DNA of 64,000 nt, from positions 864,001 to 928,000 of the forward strand of contig CAXXUK010000002.1 in assembly GCA_963665125.2 (NCBI GenBank), written 5' to 3'. Source of the stretch: an uncultured Desulfarculus sp. Lineage in GTDB: Bacteria; Desulfobacterota; Desulfarculia; Desulfarculales; Desulfarculaceae. The position numbers and the translations under genes are program-made. The notes below the pieces were generated by a model. The model had not been told where the DNA came from. It searched no databases and was given only the letters and a program-made list of their open reading frames with translations. Below, in pieces: positions 32,243 to 41,820 of this stretch. The number at the start of each line of letters is the position of its first letter. Positions within the stretch are counted from its first letter, which is position 1.

Positions 32243-32946
32243 CCTCCGATGTCTTCCAGTGCTTTGGCCAGCCGAAGGGCCGACTGCGGTATTTCGGTGA
32301 TCTGTCCTTTCAGCACTTGGTGCATGGTTGTTTCCCGGCCGTAATAGTAGTTGGTGGCGTCGGCATCGTAGCCCAGTACGTCGCTTTGCAGTGAAACGCC
32401 GGCAAACAGGCCCTGGGAACGGGAATAAGAATATATGTCGGCATACAGGTTCATGGCCGCCAGGCTGGCTTCGGTCTGACGGCCCACCGGACCGGCCGCC
32501 GCCGAGGCGTCCACCCCGATACGCAGATTGTTGTTTAAAAATGCGTCGAGGCCGGTCTGGCTCACCACCACCATCATTACATCAGACGACTGCACGCCGG
32601 CCTGAAGGCCGATGTTGGCACCGCCCATGTTGAAAAACACCGGCGGGCTCCATTTGCCGTCCGCCAGGCGCACGCACAAGACGCCCATGCCCATTTTGCC
32701 GCCGAAAATGAACCCGGCCTTTATGGAACCGGGGAACAGGGCCACGGCCTTGGCCCGGCCGATGAGATAGCGGGCCGTACCGGCGTCGGGGGCCTTGGCC
32801 ATTTGCCCGAGGGTCCATTCGGCCCGGCGGACCAAAAGATCCGCGTCGTTGCTGTCGGAAACCAGTGTCGGAGTGGCACAGCCGGAGAGCACCGCCAAAG
32901 TGGCAAGGGCCGCGAGCAAGACCGTCTTCGTTGAGAACCGCTTCAC
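32239..32946 (-). CDS. SYLF/Ysc84 lipid-binding domain lipoprotein
   Basis: Lipobox LSGC, KAGFIFGG..G.G, WSPP, AAAGPVGR and YSRSQGLFAGVSL. Confidence 0.88.
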   Translation of the reverse strand: MKRFSTKTVLLAALATLAVLSGCATPTLVSDSNDADLLVRRAEWTLGQMAKAPDAGTARYLIGRAKAVALFPGSIKAGFIFGGKMGMGVLCVRLADGKWSPPVFFNMGGANIGLQAGVQSSDVMMVVVSQTGLDAFLNNNLRIGVDASAAAGPVGRQTEASLAAMNLYADIYSYSRSQGLFAGVSLQSDVLGYDADATNYYYGRETTMHQVLKGQITEIPQSALRLAKALEDIGG

Positions 32947-33001
32947 TTTTTTCTCCTTGGCGCTTCGCCGGGCAAAGGTCTATTGGGCCTTGCGGGTGAG
33001 C

Positions 33002-33802
33002 TTATTTTTCGGGAACGCCACCGCCATTGGTCAGGCGCATGATTTCCGTTCTGGTCTGGGCCACCTGTTCGGGCATGCCCAGGGTGTCGAACAGCTTGGC
33101 GGCTTCTTCAAGGGCTCCCACGGCGATATGGGGCCTGCCGAGCTGTTCCTCCAGGGTGCCCACGCCCACATAAGCCAAGACCATGCGTTGGGGGTCGTTG
33201 AGTTTTTGAGCCAAGGCACCGTAGCGGCGGTAGTTGACCAGTGCCTCCTCCAGGCGCCCCAGACCGCGCAGCACCGGGGCCAGATATTGCAGTAGCAGCA
33301 GCACCGTGACGTCGTCGCCAGCCTGGTCCGCCCTGGCGATCATGCTCGAGAGCAATTCCGCCGACTCCTGGCCTCGCCCGGCCTCGTGCAGCATCCGGGC
33401 CTTCATTTCCCGGGCGTCAAAGATTATATCTTCCGAGCTTTGCTCTTCGAACACCGCCAGGGCCTCGTTGATTTTTTCCAGGGCGGCGTCCAGTTGGCCC
33501 CGCTGTTCGGCTATAAGGGCCTGGTTCTTGGCCACGTGGGCCCGTCCGATGTCGTTCTCCAGCTTGCCGCACAGATAGTGGGCCTCGTCCAGGGCCTCGT
33601 CGGCCTTGTCCAGCTTGCCGCGCTGCAAATAGCCCACGCCGATTTTGAACTGGGCGTTGGCCACACCCTCGTCCGAGTCCGCGTGGCGCATTTCCTCCAG
33701 TTCATCCAGGGCATCTTTTAGATTGACGCTCAAGGGGCTTTCTCCCGTTACTGCTAAATTAAACGACGTCCACCAGGGCCTTTCTGTTGCGGGGGCCGTC
33801 AA
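33002..33802 (-). CDS. TPR-like helical repeat protein
   Basis: Repeating helical units (ANAQFKIGVGY, RAHVAKNQALI). Start uncertain. Confidence 0.75.
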   Translation of the reverse strand: MTAPATERPWWTSFNLAVTGESPLSVNLKDALDELEEMRHADSDEGVANAQFKIGVGYLQRGKLDKADEALDEAHYLCGKLENDIGRAHVAKNQALIAEQRGQLDAALEKINEALAVFEEQSSEDIIFDAREMKARMLHEAGRGQESAELLSSMIARADQAGDDVTVLLLLQYLAPVLRGLGRLEEALVNYRRYGALAQKLNDPQRMVLAYVGVGTLEEQLGRPHIAVGALEEAAKLFDTLGMPEQVAQTRTEIMRLTNGGGVPEK

Positions 33803-34154
33803 ATTCCATGAAAAACACGCCCTGCCAGGTGCCCAGATCCAGCCTGCCGCCGCTGACGGGCAGGCGGGCCGATGAGCCCACCAGCACGCTTTTGAGGTGG
33901 GCCGCGCTGTTGCCCTCGGCGTGGCGGTAGCCGTCCCGCCAGGGAATCAGTTTGTCCAGGGTGTTCAAAACGTCGTGCATCACGTCTGGGTCGGCCGCTT
34001 CGTTGACCAGCACACCGGCCGTGGTATGAGGCACATATACCGTACACCAACCCTCTTGCACACCGCTTTGGCCCACAAAGGCTTGAACCTGGGCGGTGAT
34101 GTCCACGGCCTGGGCGTGGGCCGTGGTGCCTATCTTGATCGTGGTCCGCGGCAT
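33759..34154 (-). CDS. YjbQ/UPF0047 family protein (second paralog)
   Basis: HTTAG..NE..DPDV, YRHAEGNSAAHLKS and LGTWQGVFFMEFDGPR. Confidence 0.92.
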   Translation of the reverse strand: MPRTTIKIGTTAHAQAVDITAQVQAFVGQSGVQEGWCTVYVPHTTAGVLVNEAADPDVMHDVLNTLDKLIPWRDGYRHAEGNSAAHLKSVLVGSSARLPVSGGRLDLGTWQGVFFMEFDGPRNRKALVDVV

Positions 34155-35638
34155 TACGGCTTTTCTTTTTCCGCGCCCGGCGGCGGGGTGTAGGTCACGG
34201 TGATTTCTCCCTGCTTCAGCTTTTCCTCGAGGTCGGACTTGGTTCTTTCTTCTTCGCCCAGTTCCTCAAATGGAATTGGCTCTTTGGGCTTGAAACGGAA
34301 GCTGATCGTGCCGGGATTGAGGCCGAAATGGGCCAGTTCCAACATCAGCTTGCGCTCAACCGGGTCTTCGATGGCAACCTTGCCGGCCATGGTCAGGGCC
34401 ATAAGTTGGGCATTGATGGCCAGTACGCTGGTGCCGCTGCTTTTGGCATAATAGCGTTTGAGGCTGTTTACCAGTGAATTGTCCGTATAGGTTAGCTCAA
34501 AGCCCGAAAGAAGGGCTTTGCCGAAAAATTCTTCGTCGTCGCTGTCGTTGAATATCGTTTCATAGTCCACTTTGTTCCAGACCATGGCCAGGGAGATTTT
34601 ACCCACGCCGTCGGCCCAGAATGACAAATCTTTTAGGCTCAGTATGTTGTCGCCGAGACCCAGCGCCGCGTTGATCGAAAAGTTGTAAACCAGCGTTTGG
34701 CCGTATCCCAGATCGGAAAGGAATTGCTCGTAGGCCTTGGTCTCTTCGGAATCCTGCAACTTGATGTCAACCCCGCCGCAAGTCAACTGATAGCGGACCG
34801 TTTCGTCTTTGTAGGTTGCCGAAAGCACCGTTTTGGCCACCTCCACGTAATCCAATCCCTTGTTGCCAGGCGTTTCGACATGCATCTGTTCGATGGTAAC
34901 GTCGTCGATCTGGCTCTCACTGAGCAGCAGTTTAATGTTTTTCAAGTCCTTGAAGCTTGAATCAAAGCCGCCCAAAGGTTGGTGCAGGTTTTTAAAACTG
35001 GTCCTGGCAATTGTCGCCACCGTGGCGCGTCCTCGGCGCTCTTGGTGTATTGCGATGTCGCCCATGGACGCCTGCTCAACGATAAGGTATTTCGCCTGGC
35101 TCAGCCGGCAGGGGCCTGAAGAGCCGGTCTTGGTCTCCAGGGTCCCGTAATCCAGTTTCCGGTAAAGGTTGTTGTAGGTGACGCTCTGGGCCAACACGTC
35201 CGGGAATGGGTCGTTGTCCTCCAGGCGCAGGTCGCCGACCCGCAGTTCATCGGCCCTCATGGTGGTCATGCCGTCGCCGTCCATGGCCTTAACCCCGTAA
35301 AGGGCCAGGTCCATCCTTATGATGGCGCTGAAATCTCCGTGCATTTCCACGGCGGTGAGTACGGCCTTGGCGGCGGTGATTCGTTGCACCTGGACCCCGT
35401 CGCAGACCAGCACCGGATTTTCGATGGTCACCGAATCCATGCCCGCCGAGACCTTGCCCATCTCCAGCCGGGCATCGCGGCCAAACAGGGAGCCGAACCG
35501 CTCCATGGTCTGCCTGGCCGCCGTGGGTCCCTGCTGCTCGATGAACGTGGCGATCTTGTATTGCTCGTACCATTGTAGGCCAAAGACAAAGCCCACCGCG
35601 ATGACAGCCGCCGCCAGGACCAGGATGATTTTTTTCAT
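34154..35638 (-). CDS. Hypothetical membrane-anchored or exported protein
   Basis: ~494-aa ORF with an N-terminal MKKIILVL hydrophobic anchor and a beta-rich body. No family recognised. Confidence 0.75.
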   Translation of the reverse strand: MKKIILVLAAAVIAVGFVFGLQWYEQYKIATFIEQQGPTAARQTMERFGSLFGRDARLEMGKVSAGMDSVTIENPVLVCDGVQVQRITAAKAVLTAVEMHGDFSAIIRMDLALYGVKAMDGDGMTTMRADELRVGDLRLEDNDPFPDVLAQSVTYNNLYRKLDYGTLETKTGSSGPCRLSQAKYLIVEQASMGDIAIHQERRGRATVATIARTSFKNLHQPLGGFDSSFKDLKNIKLLLSESQIDDVTIEQMHVETPGNKGLDYVEVAKTVLSATYKDETVRYQLTCGGVDIKLQDSEETKAYEQFLSDLGYGQTLVYNFSINAALGLGDNILSLKDLSFWADGVGKISLAMVWNKVDYETIFNDSDDEEFFGKALLSGFELTYTDNSLVNSLKRYYAKSSGTSVLAINAQLMALTMAGKVAIEDPVERKLMLELAHFGLNPGTISFRFKPKEPIPFEELGEEERTKSDLEEKLKQGEITVTYTPPPGAEKEKP

Positions 35639-35801
35639 GACAACCCCCGCAAATAAATCCTGATGCATATAAAGTGATTCATTTTATCAGGGCTTTTAAA
35701 GGGTGCAGAGGAAAATCGCCTGCCGCGCTTGACAGGGGCCCGTCCGATGGGCAGACTTTTCGGAACCGCAAGTAAACCATATCCGTCGGGATGGAGATAT
35801 C

Positions 35802-36464
35802 ATGGAACTAGCCCCGGGCCTGCATGCCTTTCCCTGGACCCAGCCTCAGCTCAACAACTGCAACGCCTATTTCATCAATGCGACCCCGCCCACGCTCATT
35901 GATCCGGGCCACGCCCAGTTGTTCGGCCACGTGGGCACGGGCATGGCCCAGGACGGGCTCAAGGAAAAGCCCGGCCTGGTCATCGTCACCCATTGCCACC
36001 CCGACCACATCGAGGCGGCCTTGGCCCTGCAAAAGCAGGGCGTGAAGCTGGCCATGCATCCGGCGGAAGACGAATATCTGAAGACCGAGGGACGCCGCAT
36101 GGCTGCGGCCATGGGCATGAACATGCCCGAAGTGGTTCCCGATGTGTTTTTAAGCGAGGGCGAACTCAAGCTGGGTGACGAGACGCTGGAGGTCTATCAC
36201 ACGCCGGGCCATTCGCCGGGCCATATCTGCCTCTACTGGCCCAAGTACAAGGCCCTGATCGCCGGAGACCTGATCTTCGCCCAGGGCGTGGGCCGGGTGG
36301 ACTTCCCCGGCGGCGACGGGGCCGCCCTCAAAGATTCGATCATGCGCATGGCCGGGCTGGACCTGGAGTGGGTGCTCAGCGGCCATGGCCCCATCATCAA
36401 GGGCGCCGAGAACATCAAACGCAACTTCGATTTTATCAAGCAGGCCTATTTCGGCATGCTCTGA
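35802..36464 (+). CDS. MBL-fold metallo-hydrolase
   Basis: THCHPDH, TPGHSPGH, AGDLIF and LSGHG. Confidence 0.92.
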   Translation: MELAPGLHAFPWTQPQLNNCNAYFINATPPTLIDPGHAQLFGHVGTGMAQDGLKEKPGLVIVTHCHPDHIEAALALQKQGVKLAMHPAEDEYLKTEGRRMAAAMGMNMPEVVPDVFLSEGELKLGDETLEVYHTPGHSPGHICLYWPKYKALIAGDLIFAQGVGRVDFPGGDGAALKDSIMRMAGLDLEWVLSGHGPIIKGAENIKRNFDFIKQAYFGML

Positions 36465-36482
36465 TCCGTATCGCCAAAACCG

Positions 36483-36524
36483 AAAACCCCGCCCGAGGCA
36501 CTGCCCTGGGCGGGGTTTTGTTTT
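36483..36524. terminator. Bidirectional intrinsic terminator
   Basis: AAAACCCCGCCC...GGGCGGGGTTTT between convergent genes. Confidence 0.75.
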
Positions 36525-36534
36525 CGGAGCTTGA

Positions 36535-37128
36535 CTAGGGCCGCCACTGCTCAATGACGGCGGGCGGGTTCTCTTGAATCCACTGGCGGAACTGTTTGGC
36601 ATTGGTAACGCCGCCTTGCAGCACGGCCTTGTATACGTCGACGCCCCTAGGCTTTTGCTCTCCGGCAAAGGACTTTTTTATCTCCAGAATTTTCAGGCGG
36701 GTTTCGTCGGTCAGCCGCTCCTGCATGGCCTTGGCCAGGCCATCGGCCAGTCCGGCGTCTGGGTGGTCATGGGCTACCAGCCAGTTGTCGATGTCCCAGA
36801 CCGTGCCCGTTTCATCGGTGTAGTCGATGCGCCAATACAGGCCCTGGTCGGCGGTGCCCATGGCGTTGAGATAGACGATCTGGTTTACGCCGGGCACCTG
36901 GGCCAAGTCTGAAATTACCCCGAAACCCCGGTCGATGTCCGGCGCGTCGCAGTAAATCTCCAGGTCGATATTGGGCGAGCAAAGCAGGCCGAAGCGAACC
37001 GAGCCCACTAGGAGCGGTTCGCCGATTGCCGACCAGCGTTTGAACAGGCCGAGTTTGTCCAATATTGCCTTGGCCCTCCGTTGCAGTTCGTCGGTTTGGG
37101 CCAAAAGCGGATGTTGGTTGGCATTCAT
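36535..37128 (-). CDS. Hypothetical protein with a possible nucleotidyltransferase-like fold
   Basis: VGSVRFGLLCSPNIDLEIY resembles the Pol-beta NTase hGS..DxD motif; GLYW and WDIDNW also present. Confidence 0.65.
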   Translation of the reverse strand: MNANQHPLLAQTDELQRRAKAILDKLGLFKRWSAIGEPLLVGSVRFGLLCSPNIDLEIYCDAPDIDRGFGVISDLAQVPGVNQIVYLNAMGTADQGLYWRIDYTDETGTVWDIDNWLVAHDHPDAGLADGLAKAMQERLTDETRLKILEIKKSFAGEQKPRGVDVYKAVLQGGVTNAKQFRQWIQENPPAVIEQWRP

Positions 37129-37210
37129 GACGCGATATCCTTGTGCGAGGCTAATAAAAAGACAAACGAGCACACCCTGGGGCATGCTCGTTGATTGTGT
37201 TCGATTAGGC

Positions 37211-37738
37211 TTATTTCAGGGTGTCGAACAGGGCCTCGGCAGCCTCTTGCATCCGGCCCATATGGCCGGACAAGGCCTGCCTCATGCGGGCCTGGAGCTC
37301 AGGGTTGGCGATGGGGTTGGGGCTGACGGCCGAGCCGGAAATGCCCATGGCGGCAAGATCCTGGCTCATCTCTCCGGCCAGCTTGGTATAGAGTTCGCCT
37401 GCCGCTTCAAAGCGTCCCCTTGCCGCCTCCACCAGGGCCTCGACTTTGCCCGCTGACAAGGGCAGGGCCTCCAGGCCGTCCAGGGTGCGGTCGTCACCGG
37501 ACATAAGGGCCTCAAGGAGAAGCTCCACCGCCGCCTTCAGGGCGTAAGAGCGCTGATTTTCCGGCCTGGCCTGGATCAGCTCGGCCATGGCTGCGGCATC
37601 GACATCATCGTCCAACAGACGCCTGGCTGCCGCCTTGCCGTGCTTTTCGCCTTCATCCTTGGCTTCGTCCGAGGCCCGGCCTTCCAGGGCCGCGGCCCGC
37701 TCCATGGCTATTTCGATACTGGATTTGATCTCGGCCAT
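37211..37738 (-). CDS. Conserved hypothetical protein (DUF6657-like N-terminus)
   Basis: MAEIKSSIEIAMER start after a GGGAG RBS. Family assignment is from recall. Confidence 0.7.
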   Translation of the reverse strand: MAEIKSSIEIAMERAAALEGRASDEAKDEGEKHGKAAARRLLDDDVDAAAMAELIQARPENQRSYALKAAVELLLEALMSGDDRTLDGLEALPLSAGKVEALVEAARGRFEAAGELYTKLAGEMSQDLAAMGISGSAVSPNPIANPELQARMRQALSGHMGRMQEAAEALFDTLK

Positions 37739-37865
37739 TGGCTGTCTCCCCTTTGGTGGGGTTGAGTATATTGGATAAGCGCGGCCTTGCAAAGGCATAT
37801 GCATGAAAAAGCCCGCGCCGTCATCAAGAGCGGCGCGGGCGATGAGTCGAATGCCGACTGGAGGC

Positions 37866-39182
37866 CTATTCGGGCGGCTCCCATTCTTCTTCAAGCTCGA
37901 TGCCAAGCTCTTCCCACTGGGCAGCGCCTTCCTCCTCTGCCTTAGCGATCTCTTCCTCGCTCCAGGGCTCAATGATAATGGCCTCGGAGAGAAGCTCCCA
38001 CAGATAGAAGGTCTCGATATCCAGGTCGAATTCCTTGGTCAGGCCCTTCATGATCTGGTCGCGGCAGTTGTGGCAGGGCGCGATGCAGATTTCCGCGCCG
38101 GTGGCCGCGATCTGCTCGGCCTTTTTGCGCCCGTAGTACAGGCGTTCGTCGCTGTAGGGCATGGCCCAGGCGCCGCCGCCCGCGCCGCAGCAGAAGTTGT
38201 TCTCGGCGGTGGGGTAGGTGTCAACCCAGGTGTCGCAGATCTGGTCCACGATCCAACGAATCTCCTCGTAATAGCCCTTGCCGAAGGTCTTTTCCGACTT
38301 GCGGCCGTAGTTGCAGGGATCGTGAACCGTGGCCAGCTTGCCCGCGAACTTGCTGCGGTCGATCTTGACCCGGCCTTCCTTGATGTATTCCATCATCAAT
38401 TCGAAGACGTTCATAACCTTGAATTCTTCGAATGCCTCGGGGAACCACTTTGTGAAACTAAGCCTAGTTCCAAAATATGCGTGGCCTCACTCGGGTAGGA
38501 GCAGGACTTCCGCCTTTACCTTGCGTGCGTTTTCCAAAACGCGGCGGGCCTGCTCTTTCATGGACTCGTCATCGCCGCCGAAAAGGCCCCAAGTGACGCC
38601 TTCCCAGTTCTCGCTGCTGACGGTCCAGTTTTCCTTGGCGGCGTAGTATATTTTCCACCAGAACTTCATGTCGTCGGGCTCGCCGAAGGGCTCTTTGGAG
38701 TTGATGGTGGTGATTACCCTGGCGCCGACCTTGTCCACCGGGGTGTAGAATCCAGGACAGCACTCGTCCTGCATTTCCTTGCTCAGATCGGCCAGAAGGA
38801 ACAGGAAGTCGTCTTTGGGGATGCCCAGGTTGTTGCCGCGGTCCATGGACATCATGGTGCCCTTGTGGATCGGGCCGGGCACCAGGTCCCGGGGGCGAAG
38901 GCTGCGGGCCTTGCGCAACATGGCGAGGATTTCAACACCCATGGGGCAGGCGCGCTCGCAGCGGCCGCAAAGGGTGCAGATCCAGGGGAAACGGCTGTTG
39001 ATCAGCTCGTCGTCAAGCCCAAGGGCCGCCATGCGCACGGCCTTGCGGGGGTCCATGCCGTCGACGCCCGTAACCGGACAGCCGCCTGCACAGGTGCCGC
39101 AAGTCAGGCACACATCCGCCCATTTGGGGTCAACGGCGAGCTTGCTCTCGTGCTTTCCCAGCTTAATAGGCTCTTGGCTCAT
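37866..39182 (-). CDS. CCG-domain Fe-S oxidoreductase (HdrD/GlpC-like), predicted selenoprotein with Sec at codon 232
   Basis: ORF-track pieces 38487-39254 and 37866-38414 are in one frame, separated only by TGA at 38487-38489 in PE-U-GH. Also 2x CxxCxxCxxxCP, HDPC, CCGAGGG and PCHNC, and a downstream SECIS-like hairpin. Confidence 0.88.
38443..38486 (-). promoter_or_regulatory. Putative bacterial SECIS element
   Basis: GGAACUA-GGCU-UAGUUUC stem with the loop 22 nt after the UGA, extended by GGCCAC/GUGGUU pairing. Confidence 0.75.
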
Positions 39183-39532
39183 TATCATCTCCCGTAGTCT
39201 CGTTCCGCCCGCGGGGCGGTATTTGCTGAGATGGACTAAGTCTTTAGGCAGCATCCGTAGCGAAAAACCCCTACTAAATGCAACTATTTTGATAGGTTTA
39301 ATTAGCTAAAGATATCTCATACCAAATTGCCATGCAATCGAAAAGCTTCACGCAATCTATGGTTTATGATCGAAAATAACGATATGTTGTATTGGGTTTA
39401 ACGGGGGAATGGATTTGCGCCCTGCGGGAGTGGAGCGTTGGTAAATTCATGTTGCTGATAAAGGAGTTAACAATGCACAGGAAATGCGTTAATGTGATCA
39501 GATCAGAATGTTGTTTTTTCAGGAGGTTGATG

Positions 39533-39862
39533 ATGTCGACGATGCTACAAAAAAAGCTCCTCATCTCAATGGTGCTGGCGGTTGCGGTCGGTGTTGCCGG
39601 CGTGCTTTTCATGGCCGCGCCCGCCAAGGCCGACAATTTCTATAACGTTCTTTACAATACGTACTGCAGTAAGATGGGCAACTATTACGAAAAATGCGGA
39701 TGCAAGTACTACCTGCAGGGCCGGATTCAATATGGCCATAGCCGGAATGACGCCGCCAGTCAGTGCTATACCAAAGGTTGCGATAAATTGTTACCCGATC
39801 CGCAGCAGAATAGTACTTGCAAGGCCTCTTGCGACAAGATGAAAGAGTTGGATGCCCGTTGA
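39533..39862 (+). CDS. Small cysteine-rich exported protein
   Basis: AGGAGG RBS, signal peptide ending AKA, and 7 Cys in a ~76-aa mature part. Confidence 0.75.
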   Translation: MSTMLQKKLLISMVLAVAVGVAGVLFMAAPAKADNFYNVLYNTYCSKMGNYYEKCGCKYYLQGRIQYGHSRNDAASQCYTKGCDKLLPDPQQNSTCKASCDKMKELDAR

Positions 39863-39872
39863 TTCGGGACGC

Positions 39873-39903
39873 AAAAAAGGGGAAGCCCGCAGGCCTCCCC
39901 TTG
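39873..39903 (-). terminator. Terminator of the hdrA-flx operon (possibly bidirectional)
   Basis: AAGGGGAGGC-CTGCGG-GCTTCCCCTTTTTT on the minus strand. Confidence 0.7.
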
Positions 39904-39925
39904 TTGATCTCTGGCGGCTGGCCTA

Positions 39926-40765
39926 TTAATACTCAGGCGGCAGCTTGTCCAGTTCCTTCTTGGTGAAGACCGGTCCGTCCTTGCAGACGTAGTAGGGGCC
40001 CACGTTGCAGCGGCCGCAGATGCCGATGCCGCACTTCATGCGGTTTTCCAGGCTCATCACGATCTGATCGGGCTGCCAGCCCAGCTTGTCAAAGACAGGC
40101 TGGGTGAACTTGATCATGATCGGCGGGCCGCATATCAGGGCCACCGAGTTCTCGGCCGGCGGGGCCACCTCGCCGGTAACCGTGGGCACGAAGCCCACCA
40201 GGCAGTCCCAGCCCTCGCACTCGCGGTCGATGGTCACATGGATGTCGCAGTCTTCCCGGGCCATCCAGGTGCGCCATTCGTTCTCGTACAAGAGCATGCC
40301 CGGCGTGCGCGCGCCGTAGATGAAGGTGATCTTGCCGTAGCGGTCCCGGTTGTCCGGGTGCAAGAGCCAGTTCATGGTCGAGCGCAGGGTCGTGACGGCG
40401 AAACCGCCGGCCACGATGACCACGTTCTTGCCTTCCATTTCCTTGAGCGGATAGCTGTTGCCCAAGGGGCCCCGGATGCCCATGATGTCGCCGGGCTTCA
40501 TGTTGTGCAGCCGGGAGCTGACGTTACCGACCTTGTTGACCGTAAACAAAAGGTCCTTGCCCTCGGTGGGGCTGGAGGCGATACCGATGGGGATCTCGCC
40601 GTAGCCGGGGATCGAAAGCTCGCCGAACTGGCCCGGAATGTATTTGAAAGCGTCCGCGTCTTCCTCGTTCAAAAACTCGAACCAGAAGGAACGCAGCTGC
40701 TTGTCCTCGGTCTCGACGATCACGTCCTTGATGCGGACCGGGTAAGGGACGTAGGTGTTTCTCAT
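39926..40765 (-). CDS. flxA: FAD/NAD(P)-binding [2Fe-2S] flavin oxidoreductase subunit
   Basis: PGQF, RGPLGNSY, VAGGFA, CGPPIM and ENRMKCGIGICGRC..CKDGPVF. Confidence 0.88.
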   Translation of the reverse strand: MRNTYVPYPVRIKDVIVETEDKQLRSFWFEFLNEEDADAFKYIPGQFGELSIPGYGEIPIGIASSPTEGKDLLFTVNKVGNVSSRLHNMKPGDIMGIRGPLGNSYPLKEMEGKNVVIVAGGFAVTTLRSTMNWLLHPDNRDRYGKITFIYGARTPGMLLYENEWRTWMAREDCDIHVTIDRECEGWDCLVGFVPTVTGEVAPPAENSVALICGPPIMIKFTQPVFDKLGWQPDQIVMSLENRMKCGIGICGRCNVGPYYVCKDGPVFTKKELDKLPPEY

Positions 40766-40780
40766 GACTTATCCCTCCCC

Positions 40781-41809
40781 TTAAGAGTTCATCTGGTCGA
40801 CGACCTGGCGCACGTCGATGTTCACGGGACACATCTGGATGCAGCGGCCGCAGCCAACACAACCGATCTCGCCGTCACGCTTGACCGGAATGTACTTGAA
40901 TTTATGCATGAAACGCTGACGCACCCGGCTCTTCTTGGTGCCACGGGGGTTGTGGCCCGTGCCGTGCATGGTGAACAACCAGCTCATGCAGTAGTCCCAG
41001 TTGCGCACCCGGCGGCCGTAGTCGCCCTGGACCTCGTCCTGGATGTCGAAGCAGTGGCAGGTGGGGCAGACGAACGTGCAGGTGCCGCAGTTGAGGCAGC
41101 CCTCGTACACCCGGTCCCACATGGCGTCTTCATACAGCTCCAGGATCTCCTTTTCGGCGATCTTGTCCGTGGAGACCTTGGAGACCATGGCCGCCTCGGC
41201 GGAGGCCTTCAGTTCGGCCGCCTTGGCCTCGTCGGCGTCCGCGGCGTCAGGCAGGTCGTCGACCTTGGCCTCGCCCTTTTCGCTGAGCACCTTGACCAGG
41301 AACTTGTCGCCCAGGTCCACCAACTGCAGGTCCTGGCCCACCTCATGGTGCGGACCGCAGTTGACGCTACTGCAGAAGCAGGTGGGGCAGGGCTCGTTGC
41401 AGGCCAGGCCGCAGATCAGGCTCTGCTCGCGCTTGAGCCGCCAGTACAGGTCGTCGGTCATCTCGTCCTGGACAAAGATCATGTCCAGAATCTGGAACGC
41501 CTTGGCGTCGCAGGGGCGCATGTTCAAGATCGACTTGGGGGTGGCTATCACCTCCTCGGCCTGGAAGATCATGCCGTCTTCGGCGCCGGGGTCGTTCTTG
41601 AAGTGCATCATGCACTCGGTCTGGGGAAAGAAAAAGTCCTTGGGCGACATGTCGGTGTTGACGAAGTCAAAGTCCACGTCGTCGGCCGACGATACCGCCT
41701 GCCACGTCGTCTTGGCCCCGTCCTGCTTGGGAGCGAACACCTCGGCGCCCTGGCCCAGCTTGGCGATAAAATCGTCCAGCTTGTCTTTTGCTAATATCTT
41801 GTTTGCCAT
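40781..41809 (-). CDS. flxB: [4Fe-4S] subunit (AsrA-like) of the Flx complex
   Basis: SPKDFFFPQTE, RPCD, CLNCGTCTFVCPTCHCF, RQRFMHK and CVGCGRCIQMCP. Confidence 0.82.
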   Translation of the reverse strand: MANKILAKDKLDDFIAKLGQGAEVFAPKQDGAKTTWQAVSSADDVDFDFVNTDMSPKDFFFPQTECMMHFKNDPGAEDGMIFQAEEVIATPKSILNMRPCDAKAFQILDMIFVQDEMTDDLYWRLKREQSLICGLACNEPCPTCFCSSVNCGPHHEVGQDLQLVDLGDKFLVKVLSEKGEAKVDDLPDAADADEAKAAELKASAEAAMVSKVSTDKIAEKEILELYEDAMWDRVYEGCLNCGTCTFVCPTCHCFDIQDEVQGDYGRRVRNWDYCMSWLFTMHGTGHNPRGTKKSRVRQRFMHKFKYIPVKRDGEIGCVGCGRCIQMCPVNIDVRQVVDQMNS

Positions 41810-41820
41810 CACGCCCACCC

